NCBI RefSeq assembly: GCF_001186125.1
Contig: NW_014040451.1
Span: 44,959 to 87,782, forward strand
DNA length: 42,824 nucleotides
Direction: 5' to 3'
DNA from: Sphaeroforma arctica JP610
Taxonomy: Eukaryota
Shown here piece after piece: positions 1-12,469 of the stretch. The notes under the pieces were generated by a model. It worked only from the letters and a program-made list of their open reading frames with translations, made no database searches and had not been told where the DNA came from. Made by a program: the position numbers and the translations under genes. Numbering within the stretch: the stretch's first letter is position 1; each line of letters opens with the position of its first letter.

Positions 1-460
1 TATATAAATACCAACCTTTCATTCTCTATACGTAATTTTAAATACACAGATGAGTTGTACACAAATCAAACGAGTTACATGCTGTGCAGACTGCCTATGT
101 CTATAAGGGGAGCAGCACATGTGTCCGAAATTTTGATCTCGTGGAATCAAAGTAACGGACATTTGAACCTGGCGATTGATACCCTGTATAAATCTACGCT
201 ACAAATATTATATTAGATAGTATGCCAACTTCTGCAAGAGCTGATTTATATAGTAAGATGGAAATACAATTCTCATATGGTCCTGTAAAAAGGCATCATC
301 GACCACGTGAGTTGCGCACTAGGTAGTGAGATAAACTTGAATGAAGTATCATATACAAACAACAAATAATAAAAGACGACAGAACATACCTTAACAAATT
401 CATTCGTCAAAAATTGATATAGCCGAAGGCTCTTTAATTTAAATTTAAACAAGTTTGCAC

Positions 461-588
461 GATAAAGTCACTAAATGGACATAAAAATAATTGGGAATGT
501 CGCTAAATGTACATTTGTACATATTTGATCAATATTTCAGTACGTTTTCATCGACAAAATGGATACATGTACATTTAGTGACTTTGTT
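461..588. repeat. Small fold-back (inverted repeat arms ~22 bp), possible MITE remnant
   Basis: GATAAAGTCACTAAATGGACAT (461-482) is a near-perfect reverse complement of ATGTACATTTAGTGACTTTGT (~567-588); a partial direct copy GTCGCTAAATGTACAT lies at ~499-514. Confidence 0.4.
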
Positions 589-729
589 CAGAAATATACA
601 AGTGTCAATTAGGTGTCATCGAATGACACCAACCGCCGTAGAAAAATGTTAAAATAGAACACTTATATGAGGTATATTATGTACACGTTAAAAACAAATT
701 ATGTTACTTTTATCAGTAGTTCATATGGT

Positions 730-1754
730 TTAACAGAGTGCTGAGTAAATGCTCACTAACTCCATATCCCACCTCAGTTTTTTTGTGCGTAATATTGTCT
801 GTGAATCGTGTATGATGCAAGCAGATTCGCACAGATTTCGACTAGCAACTAATGATGACGAACTTATACCATTTTTCTTGGTTAAAATTGCTGGGAAAGA
901 TAATGCTATATGTTCAGGCAGTAGAGTTAAAATGGCCGGATCAGTAGAATAGAAAGTAGCCCCACAGCTCTTACCATCTATAGTTGTCTTTTTCTTATTA
1001 TACACGTACTTCATATGAATGATGTCAAAGTCTTCGTCGTCACTCATGACTAAGTGATACACAGATTCTGGCCATTCGTGTCTGCGAGTATATGATGATA
1101 TATCACAGCCTGTGCATGGTAGCCTTATGTTCCAGATGATATCGGGTTGCCAGTAAAAGACCTTCTTCCAATAGAGACAATCTATGTTTCCCGCATACTT
1201 GATATGTGCTGACGGAATAGGAGGGTGTTCCCATAGATAGCACCGTCGTATTCTGTTCTATGTATCATCAGATCTTAATTCTACTTGAGCCTTCAGACCA
1301 TTACAACGCTTGTTGAGGAAGTGTTGTCGCAAAGGATATTTCGGTATAGTATCGACAGGTGGTGTATTGATGTTTGGTCTGATTTCGTCTCTATCGATCG
1401 TGCCTACGAATGTCTTTGTACCCGCGACAGCTGAATTTCTTTGATGAGGTTGATTTGTATTGTCCGATGTGTGTGCAGTATTGATATCGATTCGGACTCG
1501 TTTGTCAAGAAATGGATTAGTAGTTGTAGAGAGACAGTGTTGCTGAGAGAAGTTGCAGGGTTTGTTGTAGTGATGAGTGTGGTGTCCGTTTGTATTGCGA
1601 GTGTAGTACTGTAAGTTTCTACGGCTGCAGGTTGTCTGATGTTGAACATTCGCTTGGCGTTGGCTTGTGCGCGACGCAGGTCCTCTTGAGACTTGGGTGT
1701 CTTCTCGGATTGCTTACGGCCACTGTTCTGGCGAGAACCGCCGTGAGAGCTCAT
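730..1754 (-). pseudogene. DUF6729-like (probably transposon-associated) protein, disrupted
   Basis: Extending ORF 730-1062 upstream in frame reads LWEHPPIP..VFYWQPDIIWNIRLPCTGC..V.D....Y......CGATFYSTDPAILTLLPEHIALSFPAILTKKNGIS, matching the pattern I recall for DUF6729 (W.P...W...L.CP.C ... D..IL..LP......FPAILT.K). There is an in-frame stop at ~1258-1260. The N-terminal part is ORF 1404-1754, starting MSSHGGSRQNSGRK. Confidence 0.5.
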
Positions 1755-3151
1755 AGTAGCAACAGCAGTATTAAAATGACAGGATATAAATGTACAGGCA
1801 ATAAATTGTGTTATTTATATACGGTGTTTTGTACAACATTTTGGCTCCAAATTGCGCCTGCGGCGCCAAAAAGGCCTATTTGTTTTTTACTTCAAGTTTT
1901 AGCCAGTAGTGAGCAGGCTCAACACACGTACTATGCGAGCTTAATATAAATAAATAAAAATCCCATGGCGACGTCACTACTATGTGGCTCATGAGTCATG
2001 ACTGCCTACTGCCTTTGACAATGGGCATTGGGCCGGCTATGGCTAGTCCCGTCGTCCCGAGCAGCCTGATTCTGAGTCCCGAACTTCTGACTCTTGCGAA
2101 GTTTTCCTTCTGCAAGTGAGTAGAAAGCAGAAACCTGTCATAGATTCCAGGGAGGATGTCAAAGTAAACTTAAGTTTTCTTTGTTAGGATTCGAACCCTA
2201 AGGCCTAAGACCTAAAGTAGCTCAAGTCGTTTCCCGTTAAAACTTTTATATCTTGGCTATAAAAGCGTTAATATTTAATTTTTAAAACACATTTGGTCCT
2301 GTAAATTTCCATAGAGGTGCTATTTCTAGGTCCGCAGATTTGTCCCAATACAGATGCGCTTGTCCAAAATTTTTTTATGACAACAACCGTTAGGCGTTAT
2401 GATATCTCTACATACAACCGACTAATCAAAACACAAATCAAACACTCTTGTTTGTTCATCACTAACAACTGTGAGCTATAGACATACAGTGCTATAAAAT
2501 TGTCTGCAGGTCCGCCACGGTTTGTGTGTGTGATTGTGTGTTTGCCACTGTTTGCGAATCGCAAAAGTTAGTGTGAAAATGACAAATGTGCTGTCAGTTG
2601 GAAGTTGGAACTGCATCATCACTATTTATGCTAGCTTATGACTGGTCAAAAAGATAGGCGCATAGTCGAAGTGCAATTTTGAGGGGCTCGTTGGTCATTT
2701 ATAAGCGTCGAAATCGGTTTTTTAAGAATAAGTTTATACGACATGAAAATAAACATCAATGTTTATGCCGGTTGGGCGGGCGAGTCTAAACCAGGTTTCT
2801 CTTCAGGATCTCCAAACTCCAGCTGCCATGTTTCATTTTAGAAGGCTATGGCCAGGCGTGAGGCCGCAAGCTGTCCAAACTCCAGCCCACGAGGGACGAG
2901 GCGCGAGAACTCTATTTTTTGGCGATATTTTTTCGAACTGCGAACACATGCATCATCATCATCATGCAACGAGACTACGAGAGTCGAGACTCTAGACTGA
3001 GAGTATGATATCTTCATAAATAAATAGCCTTGTTTGATTTTAAAAAAAGGATTTCAGAAATATTTTAAATACCTACATACTAAGGTATAATTTAGAAAGC
3101 TATAGTAAAAAGACCTATGAATCGTGATATTTGCCGGTAAAAGCAGGGCCG

Positions 3152-4112
3152 TCAAAGGTGCCCGGATGAGTGCTCGACGCAGGGGTGTGTTTTGGGGGGA
3201 CATTTTCGACGTGAAACGCAGCGATCATACGTAAATGTAAGCATCTTGGAGAATTGAAATTTCTCCAGGATCATTTGGACAACTCGGAAGCCAACTACAT
3301 TTTTAGCGAGTTCGAGGTTGGTCAATAAATAATGTTGAGTTAGATTGTTGAAGAGCCATGTCTCATCGTTGGAACCAGGGTTAACAGCTGGTATAATTTC
3401 ATCCACGTAGAGCAGAACCATGATGTCGCGACTGGAATGACGCCAGATGCTTTCGTCAGCGACTGATTGAACATATCCATGGGCACGTAGTTTGTCAGCA
3501 ATATCATGGTTCCAAAGCCGGCCGGCCTGTTTCAGGCCATAGAGACCTCGTTTCAACTTGAGGATGGTACCCGCATGATAGTGACCGAGTTCTACCCATC
3601 CTTTTGAGGAAATATATACACTGGAACATCTAATTTACTGTAAAGGAACGCAGAGAGGACGTCGAAATGATAAATTTTCTTACGTTCAAAAGCGGCGGTA
3701 TCCAGGAAGAGGCGTAGGGACATAGAGTGTGCTGCGGGAGCACAGGTTTCCATATAACTGTCGCCCTCAATATGTTCGTCGCCCCGGGCGACCATACGTG
3801 CTTTGTAGCGCTTCAAGTTGCCATGTTCGTCATGTTTTAGTGCGAAGAAAATATTGTGGATGATCTTTGTGGTAGAAGGGACAGAAGACTGAGGAACAAT
3901 ATCAGCTAGTTCATTACGGATACGATTTGGCGTTCGGGTTCGATGGCTTCGGACATTTCGGACCAGTGTTGAGTCTTCTGGGCAGCCGAGATCGATTTCG
4001 GGATAGTAGGATCATGCATGGAGTCTAGTTCGGGCAATGTCGGCTCAGAACGTGTGGTGGGGGTAATCGCACGAACGTGGGGGAGGTCAAGTGGGAGGGT
4101 GGTTATGTATCG
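3152..4112 (-). pseudogene. Copia-type reverse transcriptase (RVT_2), frameshifted and truncated
   Basis: Motifs PKSISAA..W..A...E, KRYKARMVARGD, FDVLSAFLY, KRGLYGLKQAGRLW and LLYVDEII are spread over ORFs 3906-4139, 3592-3816 and 3152-3556. Confidence 0.92.
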
Positions 4113-4437
4113 TGTAGCATCTAGGGACCAGATTATCAAAAAACCAATCCAAATCCCAAACCCAGAATCATCAAATACAGAGTTTTGGAATTAGTATTGG
4201 AATATTTCCGATAATAGAGTCATCAGAAACATTAGGGGTAGAACCGGTAAAATATACTGGGACCCCCGCGTGAGAGAGAAACACTCAAGTAAATCCCGAG
4301 TCTAGTGAAAACACAAATAAAGACTCATTTCGGTTCTCTCAGACTAGGGGCTTTTCGTAGCTGAGGTAACCGTACTTGAGAAGAGGTCTATTGTATCCTA
4401 TTGTCTCGTACCTTTCAGCTACTCTTCATACTCTACA
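4113..4437 (+). repeat. 5' LTR of Gypsy element 1 (325 bp)
   Basis: Direct repeat of 12470-12781 with a 13-bp indel and about 23 substitutions by manual count; TG...CA termini. Confidence 0.95.
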
Positions 4438-5705
4438 TTTTTTACCATATCATTACTTAAATAAGTCAACCAGACACACTACACGTTAAGAAGTTATCGT
4501 AGTTAGTGAAGCATAAGCCAACCGATTCCGAAGAATAGGAGGAAGTGGAAGCAAATAGAAGAAGCTTTATTAAAACCGTGAGGAAGCCAAGGGGGGATCC
4601 AATAAATCACACACAAAAAGGCAAATCAAACAGCACATAAATCCGGCTGGTAGACATCAGCCGTATATAGATATATATATATACAATCTTATAGATACCA
4701 CTATAGAACATTCCACCACTTTAGAACACTATACAGAAGGATACCAAACAAACTCCAACTATCCATCAGATAGAAGAAGGATACACAGATCACACAGAAA
4801 GGGGTAAATCAAACAAAGCAAAATCTCAAATACTACAGGACTAGTAGAACACGAGTCACTATTCAGGCACAGAAAGAGAATCACACAAGAATACTCTAGC
4901 ACAATTGAGGTGTTACACATCTAGCACAATTATTGTGATACACATCTAGCACAATTACTGGGATACACATTGATATTTAGCGAACAACACGCAAAAGCAC
5001 GTTCAATTCAACCAATGGCAGGCTATGTGCACATACAGAGAACATAGTTCATGACGAATATTACTAGCATAGCACATAGAGCTATACGATTCATAGAAAG
5101 ACAAGTGAGCCATCACTGAAATATACAACCAAGTATCAAAGGTAGACAAAGACGGAAAGACGCTCTCAGATCAATCAGATCTCAGAAATAAGCATCTAAT
5201 ACAATCCGTCACACCATTCGAGTGCTCAAATAAATCACAACCAAAAGCAAAGGACGAAACAAACAATGATAACGCAAGACATTGGAGTATATAATCCCTA
5301 ACGACATATCGGTCAGGGTAGAATACGGAAATCAATCAGATTCAACGTACGAGCAGCTAATGTGTCCCACACAGAGCAACAAACATACTATTCACACACA
5401 AGAGTGAAATCTCAACCACAGATTCACATTATAAGAGGAGTTAACTCATACTAATCGCACACGAATACCAAGTAGTCGTGACAGAACATAATGAAAGCTT
5501 GTTGTAACAATCACACTGAATCCACAGCAGTTCAAACAAAGTACTTCACTATAAGTTACACAAGATTGGCAAATGCTAGAAATAGAGCAGGCAATACACA
5601 CGTAAGTGTACGAGAAAGATCACAAACATACATATACACAACAAGTATATCAAATGACAGGACCCAAACAATAGTTTGGCACACATATGTCACCACTTGT
5701 CTGGT

Positions 5706-5929
5706 TGACATCAATAAGACCGAACTTCCTCGGTGACGTCAAAAAGACCGAACTTTCTCGGTGACGTCAATAAGACCGAACTTCCTCGGTGACGTCAATA
5801 AGACCGAACTTCCTAGGTGACGTCAATAAGACCGAACTTCCTAGGTGACGTCAATAAGACCGAACTTCCTAGGTGACGTCAATAAGACCGAACTTCTTCG
5901 GTGACGTCCCCAGGACCGAACATCTCAGT
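5706..5929 (+). repeat. 28-bp tandem repeat x8 (TGACGTCAATAAGACCGAACTTCCTCGG) in the 5' leader of element 1
   Basis: Units start at 5706, 5734, 5762, 5790, 5818, 5846, 5874 and 5902, with no spacers. Related ~30-bp units containing GTGACGTCAC follow at ~5995-6065. Confidence 0.95.
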
Positions 5930-6196
5930 GAAACCACATATGAGAAAATAAATTCTCACATGACGGAATAACACTAGTGACAATAAGTTCTCACGTGACG
6001 GAATAAGCCCAAGTGACGTCACCCATGCCGGAATAAACCCAAGTGACGTCACCCATGACGGAATAAGCTTGACAAACAAACACCGTTTTTATCCCTCATA
6101 AATACAGGGAATAAAGCAACAAGCTACCGGGCAATACAGCACGGTAAACACTTCCAGCGGAAGTGCAGCAAAGCAACAACACTATAACAGTAAGTA

Positions 6197-6778
6197 AAAC
6201 AAATACAAATTTTATTTATTTTATATGAATTATTACTAAAGACGGGGGGGGGGGGGGGGNNNNNNNNNNNNNNNNNNNNNNNNNNNNNNNNNNNNNNNNN
6301 NNNNNNNNNNNNNNNNNNNNNNNNNNNNNNNNNNNNNNNNNNNNNNNNNNNNNNNNNNNNNNNNNNNNNNNNNNNNNNNNNNNNNNNNNNNNNNNNNNNN
6401 NNNNNNNNNNNNNNNNNNNNNNNNNNNNNNNNNNNNNNNNNNNNNNNNNNNNNNNNNNNNNNNNNNNNNNNNNNNNNNNNNNNNNNNNNNNNNNNNNNNN
6501 NNNNNNNNNNNNNNNNNNNNNNNNNNNNNNNNNNNNNNNNNNNNNNNNNNNNNNNNNNNNNNNNNNNNNNNNNNNNNNNNNNNNNNNNNNNNNNNNNNNN
6601 NNNNNNNNNNNNNNNNNNNNNNNNNNNNNNNNNNNNNNNNNNNNNNNNNNNNNNNNNNNNNNNNNNNNNNNNNNNNNNNNNNNNNNNNNNNNNNNNNNNN
6701 NNNNNNNNNNNNNNNNAAACAAATACAAATTTTATTTATTTTATATGAATTATATATAAGACGGGGGGGGGGGGGGGA
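6197..6778. other. Assembly gap (N run 6260-6716) with duplicated flanks
   Basis: AAACAAATACAAATTTTATTTATTTTATATGAATTA..GACGGGG(n) occurs on both sides of the gap, so it is probably an overlap broken at a poly-G tract. Confidence 0.85.
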
Positions 6779-6927
6779 GGCTGAAGAGCGCGCTTTCGCA
6801 CAAGACATATCCTTTGTCTTTATTAATAATCCACTAACACCCACACATCAACGCAGACATCTGAAAATGCCAACAGCAACCAGAACAAGCAGGTAGTGAA
6901 GGCGCGGGTGACGCGGGAGTCAGCCCA

Positions 6928-8400
6928 ATGGGGGAGGGAAGCCCAGGCAGTAGTTCGGGTCAGCCTACACCGGCAGGGGTATCCATCGCAGCGTCAGCAA
7001 TGCGTCTAGAAATAGATAAGAGTATCTGTCAAAGCAATCATGTTCTGGTGAGTCGATTTGTGTCCAAATTGGAACAAACAGCACCGGTGTCCATACCAAC
7101 TCTACATAATTTAAGGGTAGGCATACATGATCAACAGCCAGAGCGTCGTATGCTACTAGTGGATGCGGAGCTTAGACGGCAATATGACCAAGCGATCAAC
7201 GATTGCGGTGATGATGAGGAAGACAAACTTATCCAAATCAGACTGTACATTAGTGAGCTAGAGCTCATGCGTTCAGGGTTAGGCGACCAAATAAACGAAC
7301 CATCTCTTAAGAAATTACTCAAGACTTCAGAATTTCTCAAGATGCCTAAGGATAGTTTCTTTAGATTGGAAAATTCCGAGGATGTCATAGAGTTCACTAC
7401 ACAATGTAGTGATCTATTCTTAGCTACGTCGATGCCACTGTGTCAGTATCCAGCACTAGTGAGAAGACTATTAGATTTCACTGATGCAACGGATAAAACC
7501 AAAGCAGTACTCAATAACATAAGAGACTATGCGACACAAACGACTAGGCACTTCACTGATCCTGAGCAGTTCAATCGAATCATTATTGATCGACTCAGAT
7601 CTTACCCAGTAGACTATCTATTGGAGAAGTTTATCAAATGACATGCAGAATAAAAAGATGAACGTCGAAGTGCGCACAGAGCGTGTGCACAAGACAATGG
7701 CGATTTTACAGGAGCGTTATCGCAACTCAGACAAGGAACCCATACACTTACAAATCCTCAAAGTACAAAGGTACCTAGCACTTAAGTACTATGGACTACA
7801 ATCAGTCGTGGACATCCTAATCAAAGGAGACAAGCAACCTGATGGAAGCGAAGGACACTTGTCTGACATAGAACATACCAAGTTTCATAGACACACATAA
7901 GAATAGCGTCGGTGACGCATGACTGAGACACGCATAAGAATAGCGTCGGTGACACATGACTGAGACACACATAAGAATAGCGTCGGTGACACAAACTGAG
8001 CGTAAGTTAAGGGATCAGGCGCGAGCTGCAAATAAGTGCAACAACGCACAGACGAACACGCAGGTGGAGGATAACTCCACGAACGCCAACAAACGTCATA
8101 AACCAGATAATGGTGTGCACAACCAGAACAAGCAAGGGGGGGCAGACATAGAAAAAGAAAGGAGCACGTGAAGAGCGTACATGCCCTTACGGCCAGGCAA
8201 TGCCTTCCCCACATCGGTACAGCGAATGTCATGAGAAGAAAGCAAATCAAGCCAAGAAGGCTGAACAGCGAGCCAAGAAAGATGTGCAGATAGCAAGACT
8301 ATTCATTACATCTGGCAAGGTGGAAGACATCACATAAGGTGATGAGCACTGAAAACACTGGTGGGCGGAAGCAAATATGATTGACCTGGCTGACATACTC
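6928..8400 (+). pseudogene. Gag-like region of Gypsy element 1 (frameshifted)
   Basis: Consecutive ORFs 6928-7641, 7643-7900 and 7956-8171 lie between the 5' leader and the protease. Assignment is positional. Confidence 0.65.
7889..7998 (+). repeat. ~37-bp tandem triplication within gag
   Basis: AGACACACATAAGAATAGCGTCGGTGAC(G/A)CATGACTG occurs about three times. Confidence 0.85.
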
Positions 8401-8469
8401 AATGTATTTACAGATGAAGAAACGTTGTTAATAAATGCAAATGATATAAATTATCAACCTTTAACGCTT

Positions 8470-10260
8470 ACACATTGATATGCGAATCAATGGCAACACA
8501 TACAATGCACTAGTAGACTCAGGTGCATAACGCTCATGCGTGGACCAAAGTGTAGTTTCAGAACTATATCTGTCTGTTAGAGAGCAACCAGGGTAAATAC
8601 AACTAGCACAAACAGATGCAAGAATACAACGTACTGTACAACAGAAGTTTGTGACATTAACTATGGAGGGAGAAAGACCTCTCAGTGTTTTGAAGAATTG
8701 TACTTACCAGACAAGAAGACACCAATACTTCTAGGTATGGACATTTTTATCATACATAGGTATATACATAGCAGGTTAATCAACCCACTCATACCAACAG
8801 ATGCAAAATGGGAATCACTCCTCACACCACATGAAGAGGACCCAGAGCACGAACAAGAAGGTTTCAGAGAGTCACGTACAGACCTCCTGGACATCAATGC
8901 GAATATACCTCCTGATGTTCATTGCAACCTATCAGGCTCCACAGTCACGGTAGCTGCAAATGAAATCAACGGCAGACAAATGAGGCACGCTAAAGTCAAC
9001 TTTGTTCCGCACAGATACATTCCGCAAACGGACGAGAATGTGCAACGATGGCTTAAAGATGGCCACATATACAAATGCGACAAGCCCACAACGGTAAACT
9101 TGCCGTTGTTATCAACAGGTGAACATGACCAAACAGGTCTACTTAAAAAGGTCAGAACATATCTAGACTTACGTGAGATCAATTATCAATATGAGCAGGA
9201 CAAGTTTGTGTTACCAAAAATAAAGGAAGTGTTACACAACTTACAAGGAGCACAGTTCCTTTCAAAGCTAGATCTTACAGGAGGATTTCACCATTTCCTA
9301 GTGTACGAAGTAAGCCAACACTTCTTCACATTCTCATGGAGAGGAGCAAAATACTCATTCTAGTCCGCGCCGTTTGAGCTACACTCACTCACAGCACAAT
9401 TCCAGAGAGTCATGCCGAATCTGCTCGTAGATATCAAAGGAGTGCAAGTGTATGTAGATGACATAGTCATTGCGAGTCTTACAGAAGAACGCCGCAAAAC
9501 AGTTCGTGAAGTAATCAAGCGACTGAATAGCGCAAACTTCCGACTCAATCACAACAAGCGTGCCTTTGCGATCAAAGTGGTCAACATTCTTGGGGTGAAA
9601 GTCACCACACAAGGACTCAAAGCAGACCCTGAAAAACAGAAAATAATGATGGATTGGCCACTAGCCAGAACTAAAAGAGATCTGCACAAAGCAGTGAGAC
9701 TAGCAAATTCCATGCGAGACCATGTCCCCAACTTTGCTCACACAGCGAAACACTTTCGGAACATAATGAAAGTGAAAATGAACCAGAACATATCCATGTT
9801 ATGGACTCCGGAACTGATAAAGAAATGAGAAGAACTCAAAGAAGCCATCGCCTGTTCAGCGACGCTATCATATCCTGTTGATGGGGTACCGTTTCAAAAT
9901 ATAAACGACGCTAGTGACTATGGCATAGGAGGGTGTTTATTTCAAGTCATCGATGGAGTTAGAAGAGACATTATATACTTCTCAAAAGGCTTGAATCCAG
10001 CACAACAACGCTATGGCACAAATACCAAAGTGCTATTAGCGCTGGTATACAGCCTGGGACACTTCTCCGAATACATCAAAGGGGGGGGGGAATAACACTG
10101 TGGACAGATCACAAAGCGCTCACGCAAATGAACAGTCAACAGATGTTACACCCAATGCTGGCCAAGCGGATAGCAAAAAACGTTCCACCACCATTTCTCC
10201 ATCATACATGTCCCAGGCAAGGACAGCCAGATGGCAGATATGTTGTCACGTCTCCATGAA
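8470..10260 (+). pseudogene. Element 1 pol: aspartic protease, reverse transcriptase, RNase H
   Basis: NALVDSGA (~8505-8530), PILLGMD, KVRTYLDLREIN, SKLDLTGGFHH, VYVDDIVI (9448-9471), DASDYGIG (~9908), DHKAL, HVPGKD...ADMLSRL; several stops and frameshifts. Confidence 0.93.
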
Positions 10261-10373
10261 GATACTTTAGAATTAAAGAGTCAAAAGTATTACAACAGGC
10301 GAATGAGGCAACACATAATAGCCAAGAGTACACCACCTTGGAAACGAACATGCCCATAACCATATCGGCTATA

Positions 10374-10769
10374 GACTGGATCTTACATCCCAGATTCTAT
10401 CAAGAAGCGGAACAAAGGTTTGGAAAGTGCACAGTAGTTAATGTTTGCATCGGCACACAATGCGCACACAGATAAATACTACACCAAAGTACAGAATGCG
10501 CTACAACAAAAGTGGGCGCAGGAAGTTGATGCATGGGCGAATCTACCATGGGAACTCGTACCTGATGTCCTTGACAAAGTCATTGAAGAGGCAACCTGCA
10601 TCACGATATGTGTACTATATTACTCCAATACCTCGTGGTTTCCAAATTTCTTGTCTTTGCTAGAAGAAGACCCGATGCCAGTGGAAAACACAAACAATAC
10701 GTTCCTCAAAGCGGCAAGAAGGCTTACGGCAAGACCCCATTGGGTGTCACATTAGTCGCAATGATAGGA
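10374..10769 (+). pseudogene. Dam-like DNA amino-methyltransferase domain in pol of element 1 (between RNase H and integrase)
   Basis: Reads DWILHPRFYQEAEQRFGKCTV/(fs)MFASAHNAHTDKYYTKVQNALQQKWAQEVDAWANLPWELVPDVLDKV...CVLYYSNTSWFPNF...NTFL/(fs)SGKKAYGKTPLGVTLVAMIG. This fits the phage Dam (PF05869-type) and DIRS MT pattern; the catalytic NPP[YFW] motif reads NLPW here. Confidence 0.82.
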
Positions 10770-10879
10770 GTTAAGTCTCCATACTTTGACGCAACGCGGG
10801 AACAACCTGCTATATACGTTGCAGCGTCAGAACCAGTTCATTCTGGATACGCACCACAGGCAAAAGAATATGAGACACA

Positions 10880-11760
10880 TGTCAACATCGTTGAGCAATA
10901 CCACAACTTGGGACATTACACTCCTGAGGAAACAGTACACAAGTTGCAAACAGATGGACATGATTGGGCTGATATCCAACAACATGTACACAAATTCATT
11001 GACGGATGTATACCATGTCTCAAAAATAAAATACACAAAAATGGATTTCACCCCTTACAATCAATTACAGCCGCATATCCAAGCGACAGAGTCCAATTGG
11101 ACACCATAGGGCCACTATTGGATTCCAATAGAAGACACACATACGTGTTAATATACCTCGACGTATATTCATCGTACGTCATTTTGAGTCCAATGATGGA
11201 CAAATCAGCGGCTACCATAGCCCACACACTGGTACCAATTATGTGTGAACATCCGTATCAACCTAAAGTCTTAGGCGCGAACGAGCGATCACATAGAGAC
11301 CTCATGCCACTGCTACGGAAATTCGTGGAACAGAATCCAGGTAACTGGTCACGACTTCCATTCGTATATATGGGCCTCAATCTGCGTACATCCAGAAAAG
11401 ACAAGTCACCGCGCTTTAATGTGTACGTTGGTCGCAGACAGAATCAACTCACGGACTACAATGTGCCAGTGACCGCACCCAGTACAACAGAGCGACTGCA
11501 AAATCTAAAAGACGCCATTAAGCCACAGCTAGAGAGCAATGTTGCACAATATCAAAAGAAGATGCGAGCAGTATACGATCAAAAATACCAACAGAAATAT
11601 GTAAACTTCCAGGATGGGGACCTTGTCTTGGTCCGCTATCAAGGTGAAATGAACAAGTTAACAGCACCAAATGGCGGACCATACTAAATAGTATCCAGAG
11701 AGGGCAACGGGTATTTTGTCTGTACCCTTGTTGGGACTAAAGCCCCCGAATATACTGACT
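10880..11760 (+). pseudogene. DDE integrase of element 1 (internal deletion around the second Asp)
   Basis: HHCC zinc finger HNLGH...CIPC, RVQLDTIGPL, YLDVYSSY, PY.P...GANER and GPY in ORF 10608-11687; the SDNG segment is missing. Confidence 0.9.
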
Positions 11761-11861
11761 CGATCAGTGATGAGCTACTTGGCCTCGTAAAAAAGGCCAA
11801 TGCTCCGGAAGCATTTACTTCCAACAATCACGTACAACCAAACAAAGAGACTCAGTTCTCC

Positions 11862-12101
11862 TTGATAGTCGACGACAGGCCGTCCATCCGAGGTGATGGA
11901 TCCCAGGAGTACCTACTGCAATGGACAGATGAGAAGCGTACCTGGACGCATGAATCAGACATCGCATATGCTGTTGTCATTACAACATATCGTCAACGCC
12001 GGAGACGTAAAAGAAGGCAGTCAAGGCCAAAGAAGCCAGCGACAACAAGCACTGATGAAAGATCAGCGAGCCACAGACACCGCACGAGGCGGGGGACCTA
12101 A
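11862..12101 (+). pseudogene. C-terminal chromodomain-like module of element 1 integrase
   Basis: IVDDR....G..EYLLQWTDEKRTWTHESDI matches the chromodomain I..R...EYLVKW....TWE pattern and is followed by a basic tail. Confidence 0.75.
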
Positions 12102-12469
12102 GCAAGTCTTACTGATACCACAGGACACTCCCACTTTTCGCGCCTAGAAGCATGTTCCCCCCCCACACCAGAGAGACAAGGACCAGAGACTCGGTTGTAG
12201 AGCCACCGTTGAGATGCATTTTCCTAAGCCAAGTTGAGATCAACCGAGAGCACCGGTCAAGACTGACCCCGATGAGCGTGGTAGAGGACTCCTGCTATAG
12301 TAGAAATTTAACGGTAATATGTAATAGATAACGGTGGCAGGTTTTTCATCTTATGCCCCCTAAAGGACAAGATTTTTCCTGTATACAAACACCAACCTCT
12401 AGATAATCTAGTACTGTAAGATGTCACTTTATACTCCTACGCAGGCTAAAAAGCATAAAGTTGGGGGGC

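Noticed and set aside
2180..2260. tRNA or tRNA-derived SINE (minus-strand GGTTCGAATCC B-box at ~2187-2197)
   Set aside because: No convincing cloverleaf, A-box or tail could be built by eye; at most a degenerate remnant.
2759..2995. 78-aa ORF with a His run
   Set aside because: The His run comes from a (CAT)n microsatellite and there is no other coding evidence.
5706..5929. 28-bp partly palindromic repeats resembling a CRISPR array
   Set aside because: Units are head-to-tail with no spacers, there are no cas genes, and the context is a eukaryotic retrotransposon leader.
6216..6844. Long ORFs across the N run
   Set aside because: Artefacts of translating the assembly gap and poly-G.
8470..12101. 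Interpretation of the RT-RH-MTase elements as DIRS retrotransposons
   Set aside because: No tyrosine recombinase was seen. They have an aspartic protease, DDE integrase, direct TG..CA LTRs, a PPT and (element 1) a target-site duplication.
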